DNA from: Cetorhinus maximus
Lineage: Eukaryota
NCBI RefSeq assembly: GCF_964194155.1
Contig: NC_135894.1
Coordinates: 16,616,001-16,680,000 of the forward strand
Reading direction: 5' to 3'
DNA length: 64,000 nucleotides
Shown here one piece after another: positions 1 to 10,629 of the stretch. Below the pieces are notes generated by a model, which was given only the letters and a program-made list of their open reading frames with translations, was not told the DNA's origin and ran no database searches. Both the position numbers and the translations under genes were made by a program. Every line of letters starts with the position of its first letter. The first letter of the stretch is position 1.

Positions 1-259
1 TTAAGGGCTTGAGTATAAATCCTCTGGGTTCAGTGATCAACTAATTTACAAACTGCTAGTGGGAAGGTCCCATGTTGTCCCTTCCATTGGTATTGCATAG
101 ATTCTACATTGAAAATCACGTATTAATATCTAATTATCAACAAGTGGTGCAAAATAAATGGCATTTCAAGAATTCATTCAACAGACCTGGTCATTGTACT
201 CAATGCATCGTCTGGTATATTCCTGGTACTCTCTATTCCAAACAGCAAAAAAATCATTC

Positions 260-445
260 ACAGGGGCATTTATTGCCCATCCCCAGTTTTGCTGAGGAGT
301 TGGTGTGCCTTCTTCTGGAATCAATCAGACAACTAAATGACTTGTGAGGCAACTTCAGAGGACATTTAAGAGTCAACCACCTTGGTGTGGGAGTGGAGGT
401 GCATATAGGCCAGACTGGGTAAAGAGGGTCTAGTTACCTTCCCTA
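260..445 (-). mobile_element. Fragment of tRNA-derived SINE family with LINE-B tail
   Basis: gcatttattgcccatccc...ttaagagtcaaccac...taggccagactgggtaa...ccttccctaa, the same body as copies at 7530-7895 and 16020-16350. Confidence 0.65.
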
Positions 446-639
446 ACCATCTCTGAGGGAAAGTGTTACCCAGGGGCCTTAAGGAAAGAAAATCAAGGCA
501 AGATTCATTGATTCGTTCGTGTGCTCTGCCCGAAGGCAGGTCCTTGGTACATTGTCTGCTGATGCTTTGACCTGAGCCATTTTCTTAGCAGCTGTTGTCA
601 GTGGTCTTTTGCCATTGCGCTTCTGCTCTCAGGGGCAGG

Positions 640-750
640 ATGGGGAAGCAGGTCCCAAACCTACCTTAGCCGGAATGGGAATCGAACCCACACCGTTGGC
701 ATTATTCTGCGCCACATGCTAGGCATCTAGCCAACTGAGCTAACTGGCTC
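640..750 (-). mobile_element. tRNA-derived SINE head (separate family)
   Basis: Minus strand reads GTTAGCTCAGTTGG (A box) ... GGTTCGATTCCC (B box). No complete cloverleaf. Confidence 0.55.
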
Positions 751-1676
751 AGGAGAATCACAGAAATTGAGAGAAGATTTAATGTCACAATTGGACTGGA
801 TTCGGAATCAATGAGCCAAATTCTAAATTTGTTGATGATAACCGAATTGTGTGGGGTGGTGAAAGAGAATCAATATGGAGGACAGCTGCAACAAATTACA
901 GGAGGACATGACTCAACTTGCAGAATGGGCAAATAATTGGCAAATGAATTCCAACACAGATAAATTTGAGGTAGTACACATTGGTAGGAAGAATAGGAGA
1001 GGTCACTTACTACTTGAAAGGTGGAAGTCAAGGTGAGGTAGAGGAACAAAGGGATCACCGAGTACAAATACACCAATCACTAATAGGTTAGCAAGGCCAT
1101 AAAAAAAGCAAATCAAGCACTAGGCTTAACTTCTAGAGGGACAGACTTGAAAAGTAGGGAAGTTATGTTAAACTTGCATCAAACCTTTGTTAGGCCACAC
1201 TTCAGAGTACTTGTGCTGTTCTGATCACCATATTATAATGAGGATAGAGACACACTGGAGAGGGTGCAGAGAAGGTTTACAAGGGCGATACTCGAAATCC
1301 ATGGGTGTACATCAGGAAAGGACTGACAGGTTGAGTCTTCTCTGGAAAGAAGGCTGAGGGGTAACCTAATGGAGGTTTTTAAAATGATGAAAGGTTTTGA
1401 TGGAGTGGATACAGAGAGAATGTTTCCTCTTGAGGGGAAGAGCATAACTAGAGGCCATCAATATAAGATCGTTACCAAGAAACCCACTAGGGAGTTCAGA
1501 AGAAATTTATTTATCCAGAGAATGGTAAGAATGTGGAACTTGCTACCACAGGGAGTGGTTGAAGTGAATAGTACAGATGCATTTAAGGAGAAGCTAGACA
1601 AGCATACGGAGTAAAAGGAATATTTGGTAGTACAGAACTTGAGTATTGCTGAAAAAAAAAGAGACGTGTCTAGACA

Positions 1677-1710
1677 TGTCTAAGCTTTTCATCTTGCACT
1701 CATCAGGGCA
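1677..1710 (-). ncRNA. Hammerhead ribozyme motif, slightly degenerate inverted copy
   Basis: Minus strand TGCC-CTGATGA-GT-GCAAG-AT-GAAA-AGCT-TA-GACA. One stem I mismatch and a G-U pair in stem II. Confidence 0.65.
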
Positions 1711-1750
1711 CTCGCAAGAATACTAATATTAGGGGAAAGAACAACTTATA

Positions 1751-1853
1751 GGGCAGAATTTTACGGCCCCGTTTTGGTAAAATGCAGGGAGACATTATAA
1801 ATCCCATTGACAACAACGGAAACGTAAAATCCTGCTGTTGTAAAATTCTGCCC
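1751..1853. mobile_element. 103-bp PIF/Harbinger-type MITE
   Basis: Perfect 14-bp TIRs GGGCAGAATTTTAC / GTAAAATTCTGCCC with 3-bp flanks ATA/ACA. Removing it restores collinearity of the two PLE terminal repeats. Confidence 0.85.
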
Positions 1854-2443
1854 ACACTGTACGTGAAGAGAGTGATGATTGGTTGACATTTGTATGATAG
1901 GCAAAATGTCTTTTTGCCTTGACGGCAGCATCCTGTTAGTGGTGAATACCTCTCGTGTTGCTATTGAATAGTAGCAGCATGAAACAGCTAGCTTCATCTG
2001 TTGCTCGAATTTTTGACATACCTTTTGCTCCGCGATCGGACAATATTTGCTAAATAACCCTCAGTGTGCTAAGAATTACGCTGACAACCAATTTAAGATT
2101 GTCAGTTGGGCTCGTAGTGTGGTGCAGTTGTGTGTCCTGGAGCAACACATATTAATACACAGGGCCCTGTTCTTTGCAGACAGAAAGAACATGTACACAC
2201 ATTGTGCCTGTTTCAGCTAAACAAAATAAGTGACAGCCATTCACTGACTCATTCCTCAGGGTAATGCCTTAACCAATCAGGGTCAAGCTACCTGGTTTAA
2301 ATTTCAAACAATGCTTGGTAGTTAACTGTCAGTCACCATCACAGATGCATTTTCCATGGCAATGCCACTTGCCAACCAATCAGCACTCTCTTCACATTCA
2401 GTATAAATTGTTGGTTTCCCCTTATATTGGTATTCTTGCAAAG

Positions 2444-2476
2444 TGTCCTGATGAGTGCAGACGAAAAGCTTAGACA
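2444..2476 (+). ncRNA. Minimal type I hammerhead ribozyme motif in PLE terminal repeat
   Basis: TGTC-CTGATGA-GT-GCAG-AC-GAAA-AGCT-TA-GACA. Stem I is TGTC/GACA, the CUGAUGA and GAAA cores are intact, stem II is 2 bp, stem III is palindromic (AAGCTT), and the cleavage triplet is UUA. Confidence 0.75.
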
Positions 2477-2956
2477 AGTCTCTTTTTTTTAGAAAAGGGA
2501 ACAGAGTTACAATGGTAGATTTAGATGAGGAAAGATGAAGGAGGCTCAAGTGCAGCTTAAACACCAGCATGGGCTGGTTGGACTGAATGGCCTGTTTCTG
2601 TGCTGTAAACCCTAAGTAATTCTTAGATGTATTGAGTATTTGAACCCAATATTTTACATGGCAGCCACATACTGAACCAGCCACAGGATCACGTGGACAT
2701 GGGTCAAAATGTCATTTCTCTCCGTCAAGAGTTTGTCTACAATGTATATGGTGATCGTCCTCAGTGCCCTAATTACCTTCAATGTGCTCTTTTGTATAGA
2801 ATTTGTACCAGCAGATTCTTCAACAGTCCTTTTTGAAATACAATTTAATAGCATAGTATGTTAAGAAAAAGTAAAGGAGGAGGCAAAAAAGGAAACAGGT
2901 AAGAATTGAGAGACAAGAAACAATGGTCACTGCAGAAGACATTTAATTTTTCATAC

Positions 2957-3030
2957 CTCTTCTTAGCTTCTTCATACTGCCAACTAAGTCGAACTCTGTC
3001 TGCCAGTTTGGACCTTCCGCCACATGAAAA
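2957..3030 (-). CDS. WWC3: WWC3 coding exon (74 nt)
   Basis: FSCGGRSKLADRVRLSWQYEEAKK(R), compared with recalled WWC3 LVDRVRLNWQYEEARKR. Acceptor TTTCCCTTTCACAG|, donor |GTATGA. Phase 0 to 2. The gene continues beyond both window ends. Confidence 0.9.
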
Positions 3031-4334
3031 CTGTGAAAGGGAAAGCATTAACTTTATTAAGAGCAAACATTCGTAAATCTAAGCTCTTAGTTCAGACGTG
3101 GCTCAAATGTTTGCGTTGAAAGTGGGGGGACTTGGCTCTTTTGAAAATATTTAGTTAAAAGGACGCAATACTTTTAAACAAGTTCAAGTCAACAATGTGC
3201 AAAGATGATCGCTGAAATGTAACAGTTCACAAAAAGGCACCATCATTGCACCAATGCCACAGTCTTCAACTGCCAGACTGGGGAAGGCTCTTTTTCATTT
3301 CTCTTAAGCAACGTGAACAACAGTTTTTCGAAAAGGTTTGCTCCTCTCCTAGACCAGCAGCATGATCTGGGGAAACCAAACCATATTCCTCGAAAGGAGT
3401 AAATCCACAAATTAACAGCCCTGAAATGATGGATTTACATCTTATATGTAAACTGCATGCAATTGAGCATGATTGTTAATCATGCCCCCCAGGCATGAAA
3501 GAATTTCCATTTAGATTCTAGGAAGCAAAACTACATAAGTGGAGAAGATGCGCAGAATGAACCTATATCTATAATTAAAAGTTCTGTGGGTAACACAAAT
3601 CCATTACACTGAAGTTTTCTTCACAAAGTTTTCAGGGGAGATAGGACAATGGTCACTGGTTCAAGCATTATGTTGATTAAAAAGGTTATTAAATCACTAT
3701 TTGATAACTGATTTATGCTAATTAACTTGCATTCATTAAACAGGTAGGAAAAAGCTACAACTCAGCAAACAGCTCAGAATCAACCAAAATCCCTCTGGGA
3801 GCTACCAATCAGCCACTAGTATAAAATATTTGCTTTCCAAGTACAAGACTGATGAGGTCTTTCAAAACAAACTGAATCGCTCCAAAATGTTGCAGTCATG
3901 TTGGTTTCTACACCAGCCCAACACAAACATCTATAAGCAATGACGATGAGGCAAATGAATTCACTCCATTGCTATCAGTTCTGAACTAGCCTGTCCTCTT
4001 CAGTCATCTGAATCCCTTTTGGTGACAAATGACTTGACATTGTCTATCCAGTGTTTCATTGCTCTAGCTCTGCTTCTTGTTCTATGTAGGAATAAGTGTA
4101 CAGGGTCATGAAGGTATCCTAGCTGTTTCCATTCCAGAAAGTTCCAGCAATAGCTCTGAAGACTTGTGCTCCAGAACTAGTTGTGTCCCTAGCCAAGCTG
4201 TCCCAGTACAGCTAGAACATTGGCATCTACTCTGCAATATGGAAAACTGCTCAGGTATGTCCTGTCCACAAAAAACAGGACAAATCCAACCCGGCCAGTC
4301 ACCACCCCATCAGTCTCCTCTCGATCATCAGTAA

Positions 4335-5660
4335 AGTAATGGAAGGGGTCTTCAACAGTGCTATCAAGCAGCACTTACTCAGCAATAGCCTGCTCACTGA
4401 CAATCAGTTTGGTTTCTGCCAGGGCCACTCAGCTCATGATTTCATTATAGCTTTGGTCCAAGCATGGACAGAATAGCTGAACTCAAGAGGTGAGGTGAGA
4501 TGAGAGTGACCGCCCTTGACATTAAGGCAGCATTTAACCAAGTGTGGAATCAAGAAGCCCTAGCAAAACTGAAGTAATGGGAATCAGAGGAAAAACTCTC
4601 CACTGATTGGAGTCATACATAGCACAAAGGAAAATGGTTGTGGTCATTGGCAGTCAATCATCTCACTCCCAGGACATCACTGAAGGAGTTCCTCAGGGAA
4701 CTGGCCCAACCATCTTCAGTTGCTTCATCAATGACCTTCCCTCCATCATAAGGTCAGAAGTGAGAATGTTCACTGATGATTGCACCATGTTCAGCACCAT
4801 TTGCTACTTCTCAGATACTGAAGCAATCCGTGCCCAAATGCAGCAAGACCTGACCAACACTCAGGCAAGGGTTGATAAGTAGCAAGTAACATTTGCGCCA
4901 CACAAGTACCAGGCAATGGCCATCTCCAACAAGAGAGAATCCAACCACCTCCCCTTAACATTCAATGGCATTACCATTGCTGAATCCCCCACCATCAACA
5001 TCCGGGGGTTACCATCAACCAGAAACTGAACTAGACCAGCAATATAAATACAAGAACAGGTCAGCGGCTCAGAATTCTGCAGCGAGTAACTCACCTCCTG
5101 ACTCCCCAAAGCCTGTCCACCAACTACAAGGCTCATGTCAGGAATGTGATGAAATACTCTCCACTTGCCTGCATGAGTGCAGCTCCCACAACACTCAAGA
5201 AGTATGACACCATCCAGGACAAAGCAGCCTGCTTGATTGGCACCCCATCTACCACATTAAACATTCACTTCCTCCACCACCGACACAGTGGCAGCAGTGT
5301 GTACCATCTACAAAGATACACTGCAGCAACTCACTAGGGATCCTTCAACAGCACCTTCTAAACCCGCGACCTCTACCATCTAGAAGGACAAGGGAAGCAG
5401 ATGCATGGGAACGCCACCACCTGCATGTTCCCCTCCAGGTCACTCACCATCCTGACTTGGAAATATATCGCTGTTCCTTCACTGTCGCTGGGTCAAAATC
5501 CTGGAGCTCCCTCCCTAACAGCACTGTGGGTGTACCTACACCACATTGGCTGCAGCAGTTCAAGAAGGCAGCTCACCACCACCTTCTCAAGGGCAACTAG
5601 GGGTGCGCAATAAATCCTGGCCCAGGCAGCGAAGCCCACATCCCATGAATGAATTAAAAC
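4335..5660 (+). mobile_element. 5'-truncated LINE, CR1/Jockey-group (called family B here), RT domain to 3' end
   Basis: RT motifs GVPQG..GPTIFSCFINDLP...MFTDDCT with frameshifts. The 3' end reads aagggcaactaggggtgcgcaataaatcctggcc...cccacatcccatgaatgaattaaaa. Confidence 0.85.
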
Positions 5661-5984
5661 AAAAGCTACCCAAACCATCGCAGTCATCTTTCTCTGATCT
5701 TTTGTGTAGGTGCGTATTCTTGTCCAAGCCATGTTCTTATTAAGCCAATCTTGATTTTTTGCATCCTGGTTACTCCTAGTATTCCTCTCAATTAACTCAT
5801 CCTCACTGTTAAGTATGGGGGTCCAGGATGTAGAGGTGGAGGAGCGTCAGTCCTTGACTTTGACCAACTGGTATGAGGTACTTGCTTTCTGTGTAATTGA
5901 GAAAACATGTACCGCAGAGTGATTGGACAACTGACCAAAGCACTATAGTGCAGGAAGCCATTCAAGTAGAGGGAGTTTTGCAGG

Positions 5985-6496
5985 GGCAATGACGTAGTGA
6001 TAGGGGACAGTGTAGTCAGGTTGATACATACTGTCTAACCCCTGCAACTGCAACTAGGAGCTCCAAAGGTTGTGTTGTTGCTAGAAATCTAAAGAGAAAA
6101 ATTGAGAGAATAGAGCGGTAAAAATACTTTTCATGAAAAGTAGTAGTAAAACTACTTCAAAGAATAGTAGTAAAAAATAAAATTAAAGGCTCTTTGCCTG
6201 AGTACACATTGTATTTGTAACAGGATAGGCGAATTAGCCACATAGAGAGATGAATTGGTTTCATCCGATCACCATTGCAGAGACATTGTTGCAAGGTGAT
6301 CAAGGTTGAGAAATAATATTCCAGGGTGCACAAGCCTTCCAAAAGACAGGCAGGATGGGAAAGTAGGAGGGGTAGTCCTGATAATAAAGGATGACATCAG
6401 GACATTAGTGAGGATGGATCCTCACTCAGAAGATCAGGAAGTAAAATCAATATGGGTGGAGATTTGGAATACCAAGGGTCAGAAAAAACTGGTGGA
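5985..6496 (+). mobile_element. CR1 ORF1/endonuclease fragments
   Basis: gtagtgataggggacagtgtagtcagg (VVIGDSVVR, SGNH-esterase motif) and NIPG...KDRQDGKVGGVVLIIKDDI...SIWVEI (APE endonuclease). Confidence 0.65.
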
Positions 6497-7532
6497 CAGT
6501 AGTTACACTCTTGTAACTTATAACTAAGCCTGTGGCCTGTGTCACTTCCTGACTCTCCCTCTCGCCAATCCTTCCTCTTGCCAAACTTCACCGCTACCTG
6601 ACCGTCCTGTTCGCCCCTTCCCTCTCCTGAATCTGCATTCCAGTTCAAAGAAGGTCCAAATCCAGATCAGATGTCGGAGCTCCAGGATTGTGGAAATGCG
6701 GGTCATGATGATGCAGAAGTGCCGAGCTGGGGCTGTTATAATGGGTGCTTTTTTAAAATGCTCCTGCTCGCGGCTTCCCTCTACTGAACCCCACTGTGAG
6801 CGAGGCCTCTGGAGATGAACAGCAAGAGGCAGGGGGAGCAGCTTTGACTGAAGTATTCCACTCAAACCACTAAAAAAAAGAACTCTGTCATATTCAGCCT
6901 CGAGTTTGGAAAGGAAGAAGGTGTTTTGCACAGGGCTAACGGATTTTCGAGATGTGACTCTGGAAATAAGTATCTGCGGTGGTGCTAGAACCCTGGGACA
7001 TGACTGCAGTGAACAATGATGGGGAAGTGCGCAGGAGACAGTGACTTGGAGTGAAAGTAAACTCATTCCTGCTTTTACATACGGTACCTGTACTATTGTG
7101 TGCGTTCAAACAAATATCAATTATAGCAGCCCCAGTTCAGCAATTCTGCATCGTCAGGGTCCGCACTTTGACAATCCTAGAGCGCTGGCTTCGGATCGCA
7201 GTTGGATCTGGATCCAGGTCCTTCCCTGAACAGCAATGGAGGTTCAGGAGAACAAAACGGTGAGCAGGAGAGTCGGGGAGTGGGAGGTTTGGTGGGATCA
7301 AGGAGGAGCGTGAGGGGGAGTCAGGGAGCAGGTGAGGCCGCATGTCGGGGCATCGACAGTGAGAGAAAGGGTAAGGAGCAGGAGAGGCCACTCCAAAATG
7401 GTGCGAATCGGATCACGTGGCTCTATGTCAGAATGGAGGGAAATTACTTTAAAATGAAACTCAGGACGTTAAATGAGAATACATTACAGTTAACTCACTG
7501 ACATTAAAGCGAAACAACGTTAAAAGGGGCCT
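6497..7532. mobile_element. Non-autonomous DNA-transposon-like element with ~210-bp internal inverted repeats (possibly Tigger/pogo-type)
   Basis: 6530-6742 is the diverged reverse complement of 7120-7347, e.g. tgatgcagaagtgccgagctggggctgttataat versus attatagcagccccagttcagcaattctgcatcg. The ends (cagtag...ttataac and aacgttaaaaggggcctt) resemble Tigger-like termini. Confidence 0.55.
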
Positions 7533-7895
7533 TTTTTTCCTTTATTGAGCATTTGTCACCCATCCCTAATTGCCCTTGAACCGAGTGGTTTGCTGGGCCA
7601 TTTCAGAGGGCAGTTAAGAGTCAACCATATTGCTGTGGGTCTGGAGTCACATGTAGGCCAGACCAGGTAAGGATGGCAGAATATCCTTCCCTAAAGGGCG
7701 TTAGTGAACCAGGTGGGTTTTTACAACAATGGATGATTGTCATGGTTACTGAGACTAACTTGCAATTCCAGATTTTTATTAATTGAATTTAAATTCTAAT
7801 CGGCTGCCGTGTTGGGATTTAAAGCCGTGCCCTCAGAGCATTGGCCTGGGCTTCTAGGCCGCTAGCCCAGTGACATAGCCACGACACCACCATGT
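7530..7895 (-). mobile_element. Near full-length tRNA-derived SINE with LINE-B-derived 3' tail
   Basis: The minus strand begins ggtggtgtcgtggctatgtcactgggctag (tRNA-like head). The body contains cttacctggtctggcctacatgtgactccagaccc. The tail is aagggcaattagggatggg...aaatgct. Confidence 0.75.
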
Positions 7896-7909
7896 CCCCA
7901 TGAACCTGG

Positions 7910-8109
7910 TCAAAAACCAGCTTGTTGTTCACGCACTTCTACGCATCTTTTTACCCGCCTCTGCACCGCCTTGGTAAATACACAGCCTTAGGACAGCCTC
8001 ACTGTAGTGGGGGTCGCCACAGGAAATTCGGCGGCCCAGCCAATAAGACCATCGACTTTCGGCAGGGCCGGACGATCCCGGCAGTGGGTGGGGCTGGGAA
8101 GTCCGGCCC
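7910..8109. mobile_element. Harbinger-type MITE fragment
   Basis: CpG-rich stretch ending ggaagtccggccc, similar to the TIRs of other Harbinger elements in the window. Confidence 0.5.
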
Positions 8110-8404
8110 ATAAACATTCCATATGCATCAAATATTACACACAGTATGTAATATAATATATTAGATATCCATTTCCAAAAATAACAATCCCATACCCAAC
8201 TCTTTCCAGTCCTCCCCGATTTCAGTCTCATCAAATCCTCCCAGCCCATATTCACCTGAACCCCACTCCTGGAACTTGGGTGCGCCCGCAGCCACCTAAC
8301 TTTCTCCCATAACCCAACCCACCCAACTATTCCCTCATCCCAAATCTACTCCACCACTGCAACCTCGTAACTGCAACTCACCATGAGGTGCTACTGTCAA
8401 GGTC

Positions 8405-8775
8405 AGCACTTATTGAGCATCCCTAGATGCCAGAGGTGGACGTGGAAGTGGAGATGGTGGTGCTCTGCCTTCTTGAACCGCTGAGCAGTTCAATATATCC
8501 GAATGGCATTCTAGCTCATCCAGGCGGCAGGTAAAACCAACCATGTTGATCGGGGACTGGGTCACACAAAGGCTAGACCAGGTAAGGAAGGCAAGTATCC
8601 CTCCCTAAAGGATATCAGTGAGCCAGTTGGGTTCTTATAACTTTTACCGACAAATAGCTTTTTATTTAAACATTTTGAAAAGCCCTGCTCAAGTTCTCAA
8701 CACGCCCAGGGCAGGATTTGAAGCAACTTTCTGTGGGTTGCTAGGCCAGTAATATAGGAACTGCACTACCATCCC
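8405..8775 (-). mobile_element. Older copy of the SINE with LINE-B tail
   Basis: cagcacttattgagcatccct...ggctagaccaggtaaggaaggcaagtatccctccctaaaggatatcagtgagccagttgggtt...ggatttgaa. Confidence 0.6.
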
Positions 8776-9077
8776 CAGTCACTCCAGGATTTGGAATTTG
8801 AACAGCCATTTTCTGTAAAGCGGAAGGAGAATGTGAAGTAATTTTAACATGGAACCCTACTACTGCCAGATCAAGCTGTTTGATCATTTATCTATTTGTT
8901 AATTGAAAATGAAAACATTGGTGGGCTTTATCTTGTGGTCAGTGGAACAAAAGCGCCGATTCTGAATTTTGTTTTCTTGAATTGTACGAGCAGCAGAGGT
9001 TCTGCGAATGCGGTCTGAAATCACAATGTAAGTTAGCCAAAGAGTTTATAAATAGGTCTTAGCATTCGAAAACATAC

Positions 9078-9224
9078 CTCTCCGATGATGTCAGTCTGTG
9101 ACCCTGCTTCACAGAACTGCTGCGATAAACACTCAGAGGCCAAGCGTGCATTCGTCTGGAGGTCCTGCAGGGAGTTCTCAATGCAACAGCTATTCCTGAA
9201 TTCATCTGTTAGTCTAGCAAGGCT
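9078..9224 (-). CDS. WWC3: WWC3 coding exon (147 nt); not in the ORF track
   Basis: SLARLTDEFRNSCCIENSLQDLQTNARLASECLSQQFCEAGSQTDIIGE. Contains the G-S-Q-T-D motif conserved in WWC proteins. Acceptor CTCGCTTTTCAG|, donor |GTATGT. Phase 0 to 0. Confidence 0.92.
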
Positions 9225-9694
9225 CTGAAAAGCGAGACAAAAGAAACACTGAGATTCTCATTCAGCTCAGGCACACTGAGTAGCAAAGTTACAGCCATAG
9301 AAGAATCATTTAGTTGTCTAAGCGCTGGTTAATGCCAGTCAATTGCTTTATTTTGTGGATTGGCACTGGTTAGCAGTCATAGTAGCCATTTTGTGTCAAA
9401 TTCCCCCGGTGCAGCATTAGGATTCAAAATGGAGAGCGTGGACAAACAAAAAGTGCAAATTATTGAGCAAACTGACAATTTGGAGAAATTCACCGTTTTG
9501 AAAAAAGAAAACCTACTGGTCGAAAAAGAATGAAAAGGATACTAATCATGACCAAAGATTCCTTTGTAACAATACTAATAGATTATCCTTTTGGTAATTG
9601 AGTCGATGACAATCAATGCCCCAATTGCATCATAATTCCTCAGTCGTGCCTGTAAAAAATGCAGGGAACACAGTTCACTTTATCTGCTTTTAGG

Positions 9695-10390
9695 CCCATC
9701 ATAGAGTCGTTCAGCACAGAAGGAAGCCATTTAGCCATTGTGCCTGTGCTGGCTTTTTGAAAGAGCTATCCAATAAGTTTCATTCTACTGCTTTCCCCTT
9801 AGCCCTGCTATTTTTCTCCTTTTACAAGAATACATCCAATTCCCTTTCAAACGTTATTATTGAATCGGCTTTCGTCACCCTGTCATGCAGTGTATTCTGA
9901 ATCGTAACAACTGTAAAACAATTTTCCCTCATCTGCCCTCTGGTTCCTTTGCCAATTATCCTAACTCGGTGTCCTCTGGTGAGACACCCATCCACCAGTG
10001 GAAACAGAGTATTATATAGGAACAGGAGTGAGCCATTCAGCCCATCAAGCTCAATGCACCATTCAATTAAATCATGATTGATCTGTACCTCAACTCCATT
10101 TAGGTGCCTGTGACTTTTTACCTAACTAAGATCTGTTGATGTTGGTTTTGAAAATGTCAGTGGGCCCAACACCGCAGCCATTTTGTGTCAATTACCCTTG
10201 GGGAACAAGTTCCTGATTTCCACTAGCCTGAGAGAGAAAAACTGCTGCCCGAGTTTACTGCTGAATCACCTGGATCTAATTTTAAGATTATGTGCCCTGG
10301 CTAAACAGATTCTCCATATCTACCCGATCAAACCCTTTTATCATGTTAAAGGCAATGATTTGATCACCTCTTAATCTCCCCACGCTCACA
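9695..10390 (-). mobile_element. Two tandem CR1 3'-end fragments
   Basis: Two tail starts (cagcacagaaggaagccatt at ~9712 and aggaacaggagtgagccattcagccc at ~10018). The minus-strand ORF reads RLRGDQIIAFNMIKGFDRVD. Confidence 0.7.
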
Positions 10391-10629
10391 TGTGATGACA
10401 CAATGGAGCAGAGAGGTTTCGTAAAGAAAGAGTAAAACTTTATTACGGGGGCATCTCGGAGTGCTTGCACCTAGACCCAATCCCTCATTGTAATGGTTCT
10501 TCCCCCACCACCCCACCCCTGCTGCTCTCCCGGATTGCCCACACTAAGAGCTCACTGGTCAAAGGTCCCACAGTACATCACATGACCCGCGATTAACAGG
10601 AGGGATGGACAATACATGCAGTTAGCACA
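10391..10629 (-). repeat. 3' LTR of the Gypsy element (239 bp)
   Basis: Minus strand TGTGCTAAC...GTCATCACA (TG..CA, short inverted termini). It directly follows the PPT and contains AATAAA. Confidence 0.8.

Larger units (their letters stand above)
1623..2490. mobile_element. Penelope-like retroelement remnant with inverted terminal (pseudo-LTR) repeats
   Basis: 1650-1885 (minus the MITE) and 2375-2490 are inverted copies. The minus strand encodes an RT-EN linker (EQQMKLAVSCCYYSIATREVFTTNRMLPSRQKDILPIIQM). The plus strand from 2029 encodes a GIY-YIG C-terminus (SAIGQYLLNNPQCAKNYADNQFKIVSWARS...LE/ATHINTQGPVLCRQKEHVHTLCLF). Degenerate TSD agtaaaaggaata / agaaaagggaaca. Confidence 0.8.
830..2615 (+). 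mobile_element. Decayed CR1 LINE 3' portion (RT C-terminus plus 3' UTR), interrupted by a Penelope-like element at ~1623-2490
   Basis: ORF 1369-1614 (EVFKMMKGFDGVD...FIQRMVRMWNLLPQGVVEVNSTDAFKEKLDKH) is a CR1 ORF2 C-terminus. The 3' UTR resumes after 2491 and ends ggactgaatggcctgtttctgtgctgtaa. Confidence 0.85.
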
